64,000 nt of DNA from Octopus sinensis (Eukaryota). The stretch's first letter is position 1. Each line of letters opens with the position of its first letter. The notes below the pieces were generated by a model. That model made no database searches and was not told where the DNA came from. It was given only the letters and a program-made list of their open reading frames with translations. The translations under genes and the position numbers were made by a program. The DNA is taken from contig NC_043023.1 in assembly GCF_006345805.1 (NCBI RefSeq), positions 4,712,001 through 4,776,000 on the forward strand, given 5' to 3'. Shown here piece by piece: positions 12,238 to 23,774 of this stretch.

Positions 12238-12317
12238 CAAGCTTTGTACTCGAATAACGCTTTATTCTGAAGTATATGTATATTGAGTTTGTAGTGACGC
12301 CAGGTTTTAGACGCCAT
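12238..12317 (-). CDS. Candidate first coding exon of an unidentified host gene (MASKTWRHYKLNIHILQNKALFEYKA, phase-2 donor)
   Basis: Start context CAAAATGGCG next to the promoter motifs, 26 open codons, then TG|GTATGT. The protein is not recognised. Confidence 0.35.
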
Positions 12318-12397
12318 TTTGGGATGTTCATCTGCGCATGTGCAATGATTAGTGTCTTCCGGTAGATCTGCCGGAAGTCCCCTTATGCGCATGCGCA
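12310..12397. promoter_or_regulatory. Housekeeping-type promoter motif cluster (YY1, two NRF1, two ETS)
   Basis: CGCCATTTTG 12312-12321; TGCGCATGTGCA 12333-12344; TCTTCCGG 12355-12362; CCGGAAGT 12371-12378; TGCGCATGCGCA 12386-12397; all in non-repetitive, CpG-containing sequence. Confidence 0.6.
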
Positions 12398-13009
12398 GTT
12401 AGGTTTTCCCGCTATTCGGTCTCTTAGCTTTCGGCTGTCGACAAATTCAGACGTTACCAGACAAAGCTCCGAGCGGAGGCGAACGAGACTTGACGGGCTG
12501 TGAAGACTGTTCGCAACTGTTGGGATTTAAACCGACTCTGCTGCTTCCGACCCCTGGCGTTCACGCTACCCATGTCCAGAGATGAAATGTTTATTTCGGT
12601 GAAAATAAACTATTATTGTTATTTGTTCGGAGATTCGTGTTCTTGCTATTTTTCCTTTCTACAACACTGTAGGGAAAATGTGTGAGGCACCCAACCAGTG
12701 CAAATATCACACATAAAGAATCCGACAAGTTTAACACAAGGTTATTAGTATCGCGATGCCCAAGCGAAATATTGCTTTAAATTTTGCCACAACGAAAGCA
12801 AGTTTGGGGGTGGGGGTAAGTCGGTTACTCCGAAAGGAAGAAAGGTAAAATCGACATCAACGGAATTTGAACTGAGAACGCGAAGACGGATGAAATGCCG
12901 CTAAGCATTTTGACCGGCGCGCTAACGATTCTGCCAGCTCACCGCCTTACCTAAGCAAAATATTAAAATACAAGATCTGCCCGCCAGAAGAGTTCCAACT
13001 ATTAGTGAA

Positions 13010-13195
13010 CACAGACACACACACACACACACCACGGGTTTCTTTTAGTTCCCGTCTACCAACTCCACTCACAATGCTTTGGTCTGCCTGAGGCTATAAG
13101 TAGAAGACACTTGACCAAGGTGCCACGCAGTGGGACTGAACACAGAACCAATGTGATTGGGAAGCAAACTTTTGACCACGCAGCCACTCCTGTGG
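13010..13195 (-). mobile_element. CORE-type SINE family A, head half
   Basis: Matches the family A consensus. Confidence 0.75.
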
Positions 13196-13729
13196 CTTAA
13201 ATCATAAATCACACAATGATTTATGTTTTAAGCTCAAGTCTAATAAATATGTGGGGAAGAGGACAAATTGATAACATGATCCTGGTACAGTTTAGCTATC
13301 TGAGATGCTGAAAGACAAAGCTACATGAAAAAAAAGCGAGCATGATACATTACTCATTTTTAACTACAAAATGCGGGGGTGGCATTACATTTGAGATTGT
13401 TTTGCATTCGAGAAAATTCGGTAGATCGAAGATGCCTTAAAATTTCTGATAAAATAAATTGCCTCGAATATATTGTTATGTAAGCAACAACTTGTTCGGT
13501 AGCACTAATGGGAAATGGCTGCAGATTTGCCAAGGTGCTAAAAAATTCTTTTCCATAACATTTACAAACTAGATTTTATCTTCTGACGTGAAAACGGTGA
13601 ATCTAGTTGCGTTGACGATACCATGGACACTGCTCGGACTCGAAAGGTCGACCGGTATGAACGAGGAATGGGAAGACTCAGGCTAGAAAGCAGAGCATTA
13701 TCCAAATGAAATGAAATACATTTATTCTT

Positions 13730-13899
13730 TTTTGTTTTCTTTTGCTTGTTTCAGTCTTAAAGGATTATAGTCGAAGAAATCGGCCCCAGGACTTATTCTT
13801 TGTAAGCGTAGTACTTATTCTATCGGTCTCTTTTGCCGAACCGCTAATTTATGGGGATATCAGCATCAGTTGTCAAGCTATGGGGGGGGGGGGCAAACA

Positions 13900-13930
<31 letters not shown>

Positions 13931-14100
13931 CACAAACATACCACGGGTTTCTTTCAGTTTTCATCTACCAAATCCACTTACAAGGCTTTGGTCAGCTCGA
14001 AGCCATAATAGAAGACACTTTTCCAAGGTGCTACGCGGAGAGACTGAGCCTAGAACCATGTGGTTGAGAAGAGAGCTTCTTACCACACATCCACACCTGC
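13730..14100 (-). mobile_element. CORE-type SINE family A
   Basis: Matches the family A consensus. Confidence 0.8.
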
Positions 14101-14565
14101 CTTTGGAAACCGTATTAATTGTTGCCAGGTCAACATAGGGCAAATACTATAATGAGCGATATCCAAAGGCAAACCACTGGGTGTGGTTAAAAAGAGATGA
14201 TGACAAGCAATGGCTAGAAGGATATCGAGTGAAGCCTAGTAGTCAAGCATTCTAGCAAGTGGGGCCTCATGTCAGTGAGGGGAGCCAGGTGCGCAATAAT
14301 ACGTCGAATGGAAGGCCCCGAAATGGTTAGCATTTTCCTCTGATGACACCATAAGCCTGTCGGTGTTCGAAACTTTCAACTGGTAACTTTTGTGTCTGGT
14401 AAGTTGCTTGTAAATGATGGTTCGAATAGTAATAGGTCGTAGTACCTGGCCTGACGGAGCATCGTTTAGAGTGGACAGGAGAGTCCCGTGGTTGTAAGGT
14501 CGTATACAGTCACCCGAGGGGTAAAAGAAGTACAACGTTTGAGGAGAAATCCTCAGAAAGGAATA

Positions 14566-16590
14566 CAGGCATACCTCGTTTTACGTAACCCCGATTTGCG
14601 AAACCTCATCTTTACGAATTGTAGATGAAAAACGAAAAAAAATGGTTACCATGGCAACGAGCGTCACTTCCGGTCTGGCAACACCTGTTACCTCGAGCGA
14701 ACGCCTGCAACTGCTTTTTGGATTTGAAGTGTGTCAGTGCCCACCCGACTTCCCTCACGTTAGTCCGCGTCTTATATTCCTTTATTACACTATCTTTTTA
14801 AAATTCTTTACGCATCTTTATTATTTTTTAATAATCTTGTGAAAGAATTCTGAGATGCAAAATAAGGATAAGAAGAAACGTAAAGCAATTACTTTAGAAA
14901 TAAAATACGAATTGATTAAACAACACGAAAAAGGTGCAACTGTTAAAGATTTGTCAAAAATAAAAATTGATATGGCTCCTTCATCTGTTTGTATCATCTT
15001 GAAGTAAAAGGAAGATTATTTCGATAAAGTTAAAGGCAGTCATTCTCTAAATTCAACTTGGTTACGAAGAAAAGATAATGAAAGTTTAATTTCACGCGCA
15101 GAAAACCTTTTGACAGCTTGGATTAACAATCAAATTCATAGGCTTCGTATGCCACTTTGTCAGGCTATAATTTGCTGTAAAGCAATTTCCTCCTTTTTTA
15201 ACTCGCTTAAGGGTGCATCAGATGAGTCAAATGAAACATGTGTTGTGAGTAATGGTTGGTTCGATCGTTTCAAACAACGAGCAAATCTACACAATGTGAA
15301 GCTCCAAGGAGAATCGTCTAGCGCAGATCAAAAAACTGCAGAAACTTTTCCTCGCCAATTAGATTTTGTTGGAGAAGAAGGCTTTATACCGTCTCAAATA
15401 TTTTGGAAACGAATGCCTTCAAAGACTGTTATTGCGAGAGAAGAATCTTCAATGCCAGGATTCAAAGCTGCAAAAGATAGGATGATATTGCTTCTGGGAG
15501 GAAATTGTGAGGAGGACTGCAAACTCAAACCCATGCTTATTTATCGATCTGAAAACCTCCGTGCTTTAAAAGGAATTGATTAGATTAAACTTCCTGTAAT
15601 CTGTAACAAAAAAGCTTGGGTGACAGGAACTCTATCTGAAGATTGGTTTTCTGATCACTTTGTTCTCAAAGTAGAAAAATATTGTAAGGATAAAAAAAAT
15701 TCCTTTCTCGATTCTTTTGAATGCCCCCAGTCATGCTGCATTTTAAAGCATCACCATCAAAATATTAATGTTGTTTTTTACCCTCAATACAACATTTAGC
15801 GTTTAAATCTTACAATCTTCATGTCACCTTTGGAAGATTCAACGAAGTGGCTGATAAAGAAAATGATCCTATGATTCGAGAATTTTGGAAGAGTTTCAAC
15901 ATCCTTGATGCAATAAAATTTACGAAGAAAGCATAGGATAAAATTGTCGTAAAAAATATGAAAGGAATTTGGAAAAATCTCTGCCCCAAATTAAAAGACG
16001 GTTTTGAAGGATTTGATTATCTTCGAGAAGGTCTTCAAAAAGAAACTGACGAAATCATAAATATTGCAAAGGAAATGAACTTTGAAATTCCACCTGAAGA
16101 TGTTAAAGAAGCTCTTTGGGTTAACAGTGATGATATCACAAATGACGACTTGCTAGAAATGGCGGAGGAGGAGGAGGAAGAAGAAGAAGAAGAAGAAGAA
16201 GAAGAAGAAGAAGAAGAAGAAGAAGAAGAAGAAGAAGAAGAAGAAGAAGAAGAAGAAGAAGAAGAAGAAGAAGAAGAAGAATCGTCTGAAAGATGCTTTT
16301 CTGCAAAAAAGCTAAATGCAGCATTTCTTCACATCGAGAAAGCTAATGGATTCTTTAAGCAGCAAGATAGCGATTTTGAAAGAAGCTCAATCTAATGCGA
16401 GGTCGTGCTTGTTATTGAGAAATCTATCGTGAAATGAAGCAGAAATCTTTTCAACAAACAACTTTAGATCATTTTTTAACGAAGAAAACTAAAGCAGACC
16501 AACCAACAAAACAAGAAGAAACTCAATGGATGGAATTTACATGCACTCAAGAGGCCCTGGTGACGACAGACCTGACGGATACGAATTAAA
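14566..16590 (+). mobile_element. Tigger/pogo DNA transposon, decayed, 3' TIR not seen
   Basis: TA|CAGGCATACCTCGTTTTA Tigger-type TIR; CENP-B-like HTH (KRKAITLEIKYELIKQHEKG, WFDRFKQRANL) and DDE_1 (KDRMILLLGGNC, LDFV, NAPSH) remnants with stops. Confidence 0.9.
16163..16279. repeat. (GAG)/(GAA)n tract inside the Tigger acidic tail
   Basis: Directly visible; in frame as poly-Glu. Confidence 0.95.
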
Positions 16591-16654
16591 TTTCATGAGA
16601 TGAATTTTGTTTGTTTTAATATGTTTTTCTATTTTTTCATTCTGTACTCTTTTT

Positions 16655-17035
16655 AATTATTTGTTTCAGTCATTTGACTGCGGCCATGTCTTTAGTCGAA
16701 CAAATCGACCCCGGGACTTATTCTTTGTAAGCCTAATACTTTTTCTATCGGTCTCTTTTACCGAACAGCTAAGTTACGGGGATGTAAACACACCAGCATC
16801 GGTTGTCGAGTGATGGTGGGGGAACAAACACAAACACACAAACATATGTATATATATGTGTGTGTGTGTGTGTGTACATATACGACAGGCTTCCTTCATT
16901 TTCCGTTTACCAAATCCACTCACAAGGCTTTGGTCGGCCCGAGGCTATAGCAGAAGACACTTGCCGCAAATTGTCACTCAGTGGGACTGAAACCGGAACC
17001 ATGTGGTTAGTAGGCAAGCAGCTTATCACACAGCC
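16655..17035 (-). mobile_element. CORE-type SINE family A
   Basis: Matches the family A consensus. Confidence 0.8.
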
Positions 17036-17574
17036 ACTAGTGATGGCGACGTTATGCCTCCATTCACCTTCCCACGCAGACTCACACTCAACACAGAAAC
17101 CTACATTAAGTGCCTGGAGGAGGTAGTGCTACTCTGGGTCAAGAGGGTGGCTGCTGGAAGACCCTGTGTCTGGCAACGGGACTCTGCACTATGTTACACA
17201 AGCAGAAGAACCCGTCAGACAACTTCTGCGACCACATCACCCCTAACATCTGGCCACCTAACTCCCTAGACTGCAAACCTCGATTATTATGTGTGGGGCA
17301 CAGTTGACTGACAAAAATCCTTGTAACACCAAAAATGAACTGAAGGCAAGGATTTATCAACTTAAACAAGGAGACCATCCAGAAGAGTTGCAGGAGATTC
17401 CAATGTCGTCTGGAGGCCATAGTTGAAGCCAATGGCGATTCTATTGAATAAATTTACTCTTTAGTATTTCAAGATATTCTTATGTAATTTTGGTAAATAC
17501 ATTTGTTAAAATGTGATGTCAGTGTTATTTTCATTTTTGCGTAATTTAGACGACTGCTTATTCACCATACCCTG
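17036..17574 (+). mobile_element. Tc1/mariner (maT/DD37D-like) 3' fragment
   Basis: GDVMPPFTF...TYIKCLEEVVLLWVKRVAAGRPCVWQRDSA and IWPPNSLDCKP; ends in ...CCCTG|TA. Confidence 0.8.
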
Positions 17575-17632
17575 TACAATATATACGTACATACATACAT
17601 CATACATACACTACATACATACATACATCTAC

Positions 17633-17697
<65 letters not shown>

Positions 17698-17898
17698 TAT
17701 ATATATAAGTATATTAAGCAATAAAGGGTTTAGCAACGAATTGCCTTACCACATACCGAATTTAGAAATAGCAGTCAAAGGGTTATAGCTATTCTTCTAC
17801 TAAAAAGGGAGATCTCAGTAACAAAACAGCAATTGGAAGGCAGACACAAACAGTAGAGAGAATGAATTGACTGCAATCTGTCATACATTTTTAAGTTA

Positions 17899-18001
17899 TC
17901 TACGGACGTACGTTTCGAAATCATTTTTAGGAAAGCATAAGAATTAATATTAAATATTAAATAATCTATCTTACCGAAACTTCTTTTCTCTTCAGCGTAG
18001 A
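17899..18001 (-). ncRNA. Type I hammerhead ribozyme (family H1, inverted copy)
   Basis: Minus strand: UCUACG-CUGAAGA-GAAA...UUUC-GAAA-CGUACG-UC-CGUAGA. Confidence 0.85.
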
Positions 18002-18722
18002 AGACTATAATCATAAATGATTATATATTGATTTTTGAGATACTAGAAAGGCACCAACTCAACTCAGTATCAGAGCGAGCTAGATCCGCAACTAGTATCA
18101 CCGAATTCAATTTGTGAATGAAACGATTGTGTCACCAGCCCCTTCCCACCCACGCGTGTAGCCAAAACAAGATGCTGTGGTCATCTACTGAGATAAAATA
18201 TGGTTATCGTAATAATGAAGGGTGAATTAATTAATTTGGAATAATTATCAATTACACCAAGTAGTCTTCGGCTGTTTGTGTCTGCCTTCCAATTGCTGTT
18301 TTTTACTGAGATCTCCCTTTTTAGTAGAAGAAATAGCTATACCCTTTGACTGCTATTTCTAAATTCGGTATGTGGTAAGGCAATTCGTTGCTAAACCTTT
18401 ATTGCTTTATTTGCTTAGTATTCTTAAATTTTCCTCGAATGAGGCTTTTACATGCCGAAGACTACTTGGTGTAATTGATAATTATTCCAAATTAATTAAT
18501 TTCACCCTTCATTATTACGGATAACCATATTTTATCTCAGTAGATGACCACAGCATCTTGTTTTGGCTACACGCGGGTGGGAAGGGGCTAGTGATACAAT
18601 CGTTCATTCACAAATTGAATTCGGTGATACTAGTTGCGGATTCTAGCTCGCTCTTATACTGAGTTGAGTTGGTGCCTTCTAGTATCTCAAAATTCATATA
18701 TAATCATTTATGATTATAGTAT

Positions 18723-18829
18723 TCTACGCTGAAGAGAAAAGAAGTTTCGGTAAGATAGAATTATTTAATATTTAATATTTAATTCTTATGCTTTCCTAAA
18801 AACTTGATTTCGAAACGTACGTCCGTAGA
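18723..18829 (+). ncRNA. Type I hammerhead ribozyme (family H1)
   Basis: Helix I UCUACG/CGUAGA (6 bp); core CUGAAGA 18729-18735; long helix II closed by GAAA/UUUC; GAAA 18812-18815; palindromic ACGUACGU; GUC cleavage after 18823. Confidence 0.9.
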
Positions 18830-19317
18830 TAACTTAAAAATGTATGACAGATTGCAGTCAATTCATTCTCTCTTACCTGTTTGTGTCTGCCTTCCAATTG
18901 CTGTTTTTTTACTGAGATCTCCTTTTTAGTAGAAGAAATAGCTATAACCCTTTGACTGCTATTTCTAAATTCGTATGTGGTAAGGCAATTCGTTGCTAAA
19001 CCCTTTATTGCTTAGTATTACTTAAATTTCCTCGAATGAGGCTTTTACTGCCGAAGACTACTTGGTGTAATTGATAATTATTCCAAATTAATTAATTTCA
19101 CCCTTCATTATTACGGATAACCATATTTTCTCTCAGAGATGACCACAGCATCTTGTTTTGGCTACACGCGGTGGGAAGGGCTGGTGACACAATCGTTTCA
19201 TTCACAAATTGAATTCGGTGATACTAGTTGCGGATTCTAGCTCTCGCCTGATACTGAGTTGAGTTGGTGCCTTCTAGTATCTCAAATTCAATATATAATC
19301 ATTTATGATTATAGTAT

Positions 19318-19421
19318 TCTACGCTGAAGAGAAAGAAGTTCGGTAAGATAGAATTATTTAATATTTAATATTTAATTCTTATGCTTTCCTAAAAACTTGA
19401 TTTCGAACGTACGTCCGTAGA
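19318..19421 (+). ncRNA. Type I hammerhead ribozyme (family H1, second direct copy)
   Basis: Same fold but reads GAAC instead of GAAAC. Neighbouring homopolymers are also one base shorter, so this may be a consensus error. Confidence 0.7.
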
Positions 19422-19776
19422 TAACTTAAAAATGTATGACAGATTGCAGTCAATTCATTCTTCTTACCTGTTTGTGTCTGCCTTCCAATTGCTGTTTTTT
19501 ACTGAGATCTCCCTTTTTAGTAGAAAATAGCTATACCCTTTGACTGCTATTTCAAATCGGTATGTGGTAAGGCAATTCGTTGCTAAACCCTTATTGCTTA
19601 GTATTACTAAATTTTCCTCGAATGAGGCTTTTACATGCCGACGACTACTTGGGTAATTGATAATTATTCCAAATTAATTAATTTCACCCTTCATTATTAC
19701 GGATATATATCTATATATATATATATAATATATATAATTATATATATATATATATAATATATATATATATATATAA

Positions 19777-19808
<32 letters not shown>

Positions 19809-19819
19809 GTGTGTGTGTG

Positions 19820-20030
19820 CATATGATCTTTTGTTTCTTTCAACCATTGGACTACAGCCATGCTGGGGTACCGCTTTAACGAGTTTCAGCCGAACGAATC
19901 GACCCCGGTACTTAATTATTAAAGCCCTGCATTTATTCTATCGGTCTTTGCCTGAACCGCAAAATTTCGGGGCCACAAACAAACCAACACCGGTTATCAA
20001 GCGGTTGGGAAGCAAATTTCTTACCACACA
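19820..20030 (-). mobile_element. CORE-type SINE family A, diverged and deleted
   Basis: Tail and a short piece of head are recognisable. Confidence 0.6.
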
Positions 20031-20349
20031 GTAATGGTTACGATTTACACACACACGCACACATGCACATTAAAACAGGAATGAAAAGGCAAACGATTCG
20101 GCAAGACGTTTAATTCAGCTATATAATAAAAAATTATACATTTGTTTTCATTTCTTTTCATTTCTGTTTTAATCTATACCTACCTACTCAAGGACAAGCC
20201 ACTTCTCGCCGCTTTGGAAAGGCGGTTACAAAATCACGTTCAACTGCAATTCAAACTGGAATGTTAGTGGCATACTCAGAGTGCATACCTATTAGTTTGA
20301 GTCACCTTGACGAAAACCCCTCATGTCTTTTATATATATATATATATTA

Positions 20350-20625
20350 CCGTGACCGACCAGGCTATCAGATGTTGCTACACATCGCTAGTCACAATGT
20401 GCTTCGCATTGTTTTTGCCTTCAAATGATGCCACCCCACCGGCTAAGCAAGCTGGCCAACAGAAGAAAGAATGAGAGAAAGATGTGGCGAAAGAGTACAG
20501 CAGGGATCGCCACCACCCACTCCTGGAGCCTCGTGGAACACTCACAACGCCCGGCCTGGGGATCGAAACCGCGATTCTACGACGGCGAGTCCGCTGCCCT
20601 GACCACTGGGCCATTGCGCCTCCAC
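20350..20625 (-). mobile_element. tRNA-head SINE family C
   Basis: Homologous to 10300-10623 and 59475-59765. Confidence 0.8.
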
Positions 20626-20660
20626 ACACACACACACACACACACATATGTATATATATA

Positions 20661-21871
20661 CAGGATACGTGAGATATTTGAGGACAGATTTATGTTTATA
20701 AAAATACGGATACATAATAACAGATAAATTTATTTATCAAAAAATGCCATGAGGATAAAAATAAACCTTCTTTTCTATAATCTTATACAATAAAGCCAAC
20801 TTCATCTTCAACAACTGCTTCTATATGAAATCTACATGGTCGAATATAGTGGTCCTGGTTCTTTTCGTGGAATCTTTAGTGTTATGGGCGTGTTCAACAA
20901 CGCTCCACATGTAATATTCCAAAGAATTGGGATCTGGGGAATTAGGAGGTCAAATGTTAGGGGTTATGTGATAATGAAAATTTTCAGCCATCCATTCCTT
21001 TGTTACTAGAGCCATGTGTGACGGTGCAGAGTCTTACAGAAATATATACGGCCTTCAACCGCTGTCTATCCAGAGCTTAACAATTATTTCCAGGACTTCA
21101 AAGGAAGCGGCAGAATTAACTCTAAGGCCTTGTGGGAAAAAGTAAGGAGACATCACATGTCCTTCATTACTGACAACCCTTAAAACCATGACAGTTGCAG
21201 GAAATTTTGTAAACATAACTTCAGAAGGATATGCACATAACCATCTGTCATTTCTTCTTTTAACAAAAGTTAAAAAAAAAGATATCTTGGTCAAAGTTTT
21301 TCTCGTTTAAGAAAAACCAAATCAAATTTTCTTCTGCTGGCTTTTTCAATTTGTTTAAGAGCTTTTTTAGACCTGATGTAGTGATTTTCTTTTGCTCTTT
21401 CTGACAAATTGACCTTTCCTTATCATATAAGACTTATATCTGATGTCTTCATGGACAACATTTCTCGCTATTGCTTCTGACACATGAAAGATCTTTTTGC
21501 AATTGACCTCATGGAATCTCTAGCATTTTAATCAATGGTCTGTTGAACTTGCTGGATAAATTCAGGTGTTCTGATGATTTCAGAGCATTTAGATTGCTTT
21601 TTATGCTTTGATACTAGTGATACGTTTCAATATTCAGTCTCTAGTTCCTTACAAAATTTGTAGACGAAAGATCTGGTAACTTTTAAAACTCGAGATATTT
21701 CTAAATCACTATGCTCAGCCTTTATAACCACAATAACAGGACATCTCTCCATTTCTTGAGTAAGCTGAGAGTCTGCCATTATTATTTTCTGAAACAAAGA
21801 TTATACAAAGTTAGCAAACAATGCAGCAATTACCCAAAAATGGTATGTCCTCAAATACCTTACGCTCTTTG
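20661..21871 (-). mobile_element. Tc1/mariner (maT/DD37D-like) element with both TIRs, decayed
   Basis: TA|CAGGATACGTGAGATATTTGAGGACA versus reverse complement TA|CAAAGAGCGTAAGGTATTTGAGGACA; FPATVMVLRVVSNEGHVMSPYFFPQGL and PPNSPDPNSLEYYMW remnants. Confidence 0.85.
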
Positions 21872-21889
21872 TATATATTCTTTTATTCT

Positions 21890-22105
21890 TTTAGTTGTTT
21901 CAGTCATTTGACTGTGGCCATGCTGTAGCACCGCCTTTAGTCGAACAAATCGACCACAGGACTTATTCTTTGTAAGCCTAGTACTTATTCTGTCGGTGTT
22001 TTTTGACGAACCGCTAGGTTACGGGGACGTAAACACACCAACATCAGTGGGAGTACAAGTACAGACACACAAACATACACACACACACACACACAATACA
22101 CACAT

Positions 22106-22157
<52 letters not shown>

Positions 22158-22310
22158 TTGTGAATGTGATATATATATACGACGGGCTTCTTTCAGTTTC
22201 CGTCTACCAAATCCACTCACAAGGCTTTGGTCGGCCCGAGATGCCATGCAGTGGGACTGAACCCGAAACCATGTGGTTGGTAAGCAAGCTATTTACCACA
22301 CAGCCACGCC
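21890..22310 (-). mobile_element. CORE-type SINE family A
   Basis: Matches the family A consensus. Confidence 0.85.
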
Positions 22311-22714
22311 TGAACCCTAACGAGTAACAAAGATGTACAGGTGTCAATTCATTGCGGCCGTTTTAAGCGACTCCTTTAATTGATTAATGAAAGCGTTACA
22401 TCATTGCAAAGAAGCCGTTTTCGTCAGATGACTGCATAGACTTCGAACACAAAGGATATATTCGTATCACCAACAGAGCTCAAATATGTACATTGATTCT
22501 ACTGCTATAACTTTTATAGGAAATATTTTTGCATTTTTATATAAAATACATATTTGAGCAACCAAAAGCGGATCTCTTCACTAAGTTGGGTCGTGCTATC
22601 TGCATACACTGCAAGAATATCAAATGCAAACACTTCTGCACAGAGTTTGATATTCACCTGATATTGTTTGGGTGTGCAAATTAAATCGACTTAAGATGCC
22701 TCAATTTGAGTACC

Positions 22715-22910
22715 TAATTCGACCGCGTGTGTATCGTTGGCGATTTTCTTCCTCCATCTTCCCTTCCTTGGACCTTTCCTTTTTCTATGTTTCTGACGAA
22801 GAGCTCCGCTCGAAACGTTAAGTCCTCCTTCTTTCTTTCCTTTCCGGAGCATCCAACAACACTATACTTGTTCCACGTCCTCGCTTTGTTGTGTTTTCAT
22901 GTTTGGATTA
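22715..22910 (+). mobile_element. Penelope-type 3' tail (pLTR) with minimal hammerhead (family H2)
   Basis: GTTT-CTGACGA-A-GAGC-TCC-GCTC-GAAA-CG-TT-AAGT at 22789-22823; related to the tail of the Penelope element at 38077-38330; followed by (TA)n. Confidence 0.7.
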
Positions 22911-22931
22911 ACTATATATATATAATATATA

Positions 22932-23038
<107 letters not shown>

Positions 23039-23154
23039 TTTATTATAAAGCAGTCAAACACATACCTAGGTAATTATTGGACTTTGTCGTTCACAGTTAC
23101 GATATAATTGTCACTGGATCTACGTCAGGGACTCCGCAGTGTTCGTTGCGTTTA

Positions 23155-23510
23155 TAATGAATGAGGGAAACGGAAAGATTTAGCAAGAATCATTATTCAG
23201 TAACCCTTATGGGTTGGATGTGCTGCATATGTTACTACACATAGGATGGAATGATTTCGGAGTTACTCCATCCTATGCCAGTGTAATCAATACACTAAGG
23301 GCAACAACATGCCAAGCGAATCTCAGTATAATTAGTAACGTATCTTATTTGCATCACACATCTGGCGAGACACAACTTGTATTGATGGATGCAACACAAC
23401 AAGCTGTACAATATCCCACCCGTAAGGGACAGATGCAGGATGGGTCGAAACGACCGTTGTGCTGAATAAAGATTCTTGCGAAATCCATTTTCTGTTTCCC
23501 TCATTCATTA
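23155..23510. repeat. Fold-back element with a degenerate hammerhead (family H7)
   Basis: AATGAATGAGGGAAAC...GCAAGAATC-TTATTCAG is inverted at both ends; + strand CAT-CTGGCGA-GAC...GTC-GAAA-CGACCG-TT-GTG at 23359-23461. Confidence 0.55.
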
Positions 23511-23603
23511 CACACCCACACCACCCCCCCACACACACACATATCTATATATGCATGCATGCATGTGTATGTATGTATGGATGTATGTATGCATGTATGT
23601 ATG

Positions 23604-23640
<37 letters not shown>

Positions 23641-23718
23641 TTTGTTGTATGTATATATTAGATATTATATATGTATTATATATAATATTATATATATGTA
23701 TGTATGTAAATATATATA

Positions 23719-23764
<46 letters not shown>

Positions 23765-23774
23765 TATATATATA

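Larger units (their letters stand above)
17715..19703. mobile_element. Hammerhead-containing ~595-nt tandem repeat (candidate non-LTR retrozyme): one inverted copy plus ~2.4 direct copies, in (TA)n
   Basis: Unit starts (TGTTTGTGTCTGCC) at 18273, 18878 and 19469; 17715-18272 is its reverse complement; no long ORF; one HHR per unit. Confidence 0.85.

Noticed and set aside
14334-14400. CTGATGA-CACC...GGTG-TTC-GAAA hammerhead-like string
   Set aside because: Three unpaired bases before GAAA, and no helix III/NUH/helix I arrangement could be built.
14190-14560. 87-aa minus-strand ORF and GC-balanced unique sequence as an exon
   Set aside because: No recognisable motif and no consistent splice sites.
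17715-19703. Possible CRISPR array or simple satellite
   Set aside because: Units are ~595 nt with no repeat-spacer alternation and no cas genes, and the DNA is eukaryotic. The hammerhead explains it better.
22340-22715. Short open stretches (e.g. QVNIKLCAEVFAFDILAVYADSTTQLSEEIRFWLLKY) as host exons
   Set aside because: No convincing splice signals or recognisable domain.
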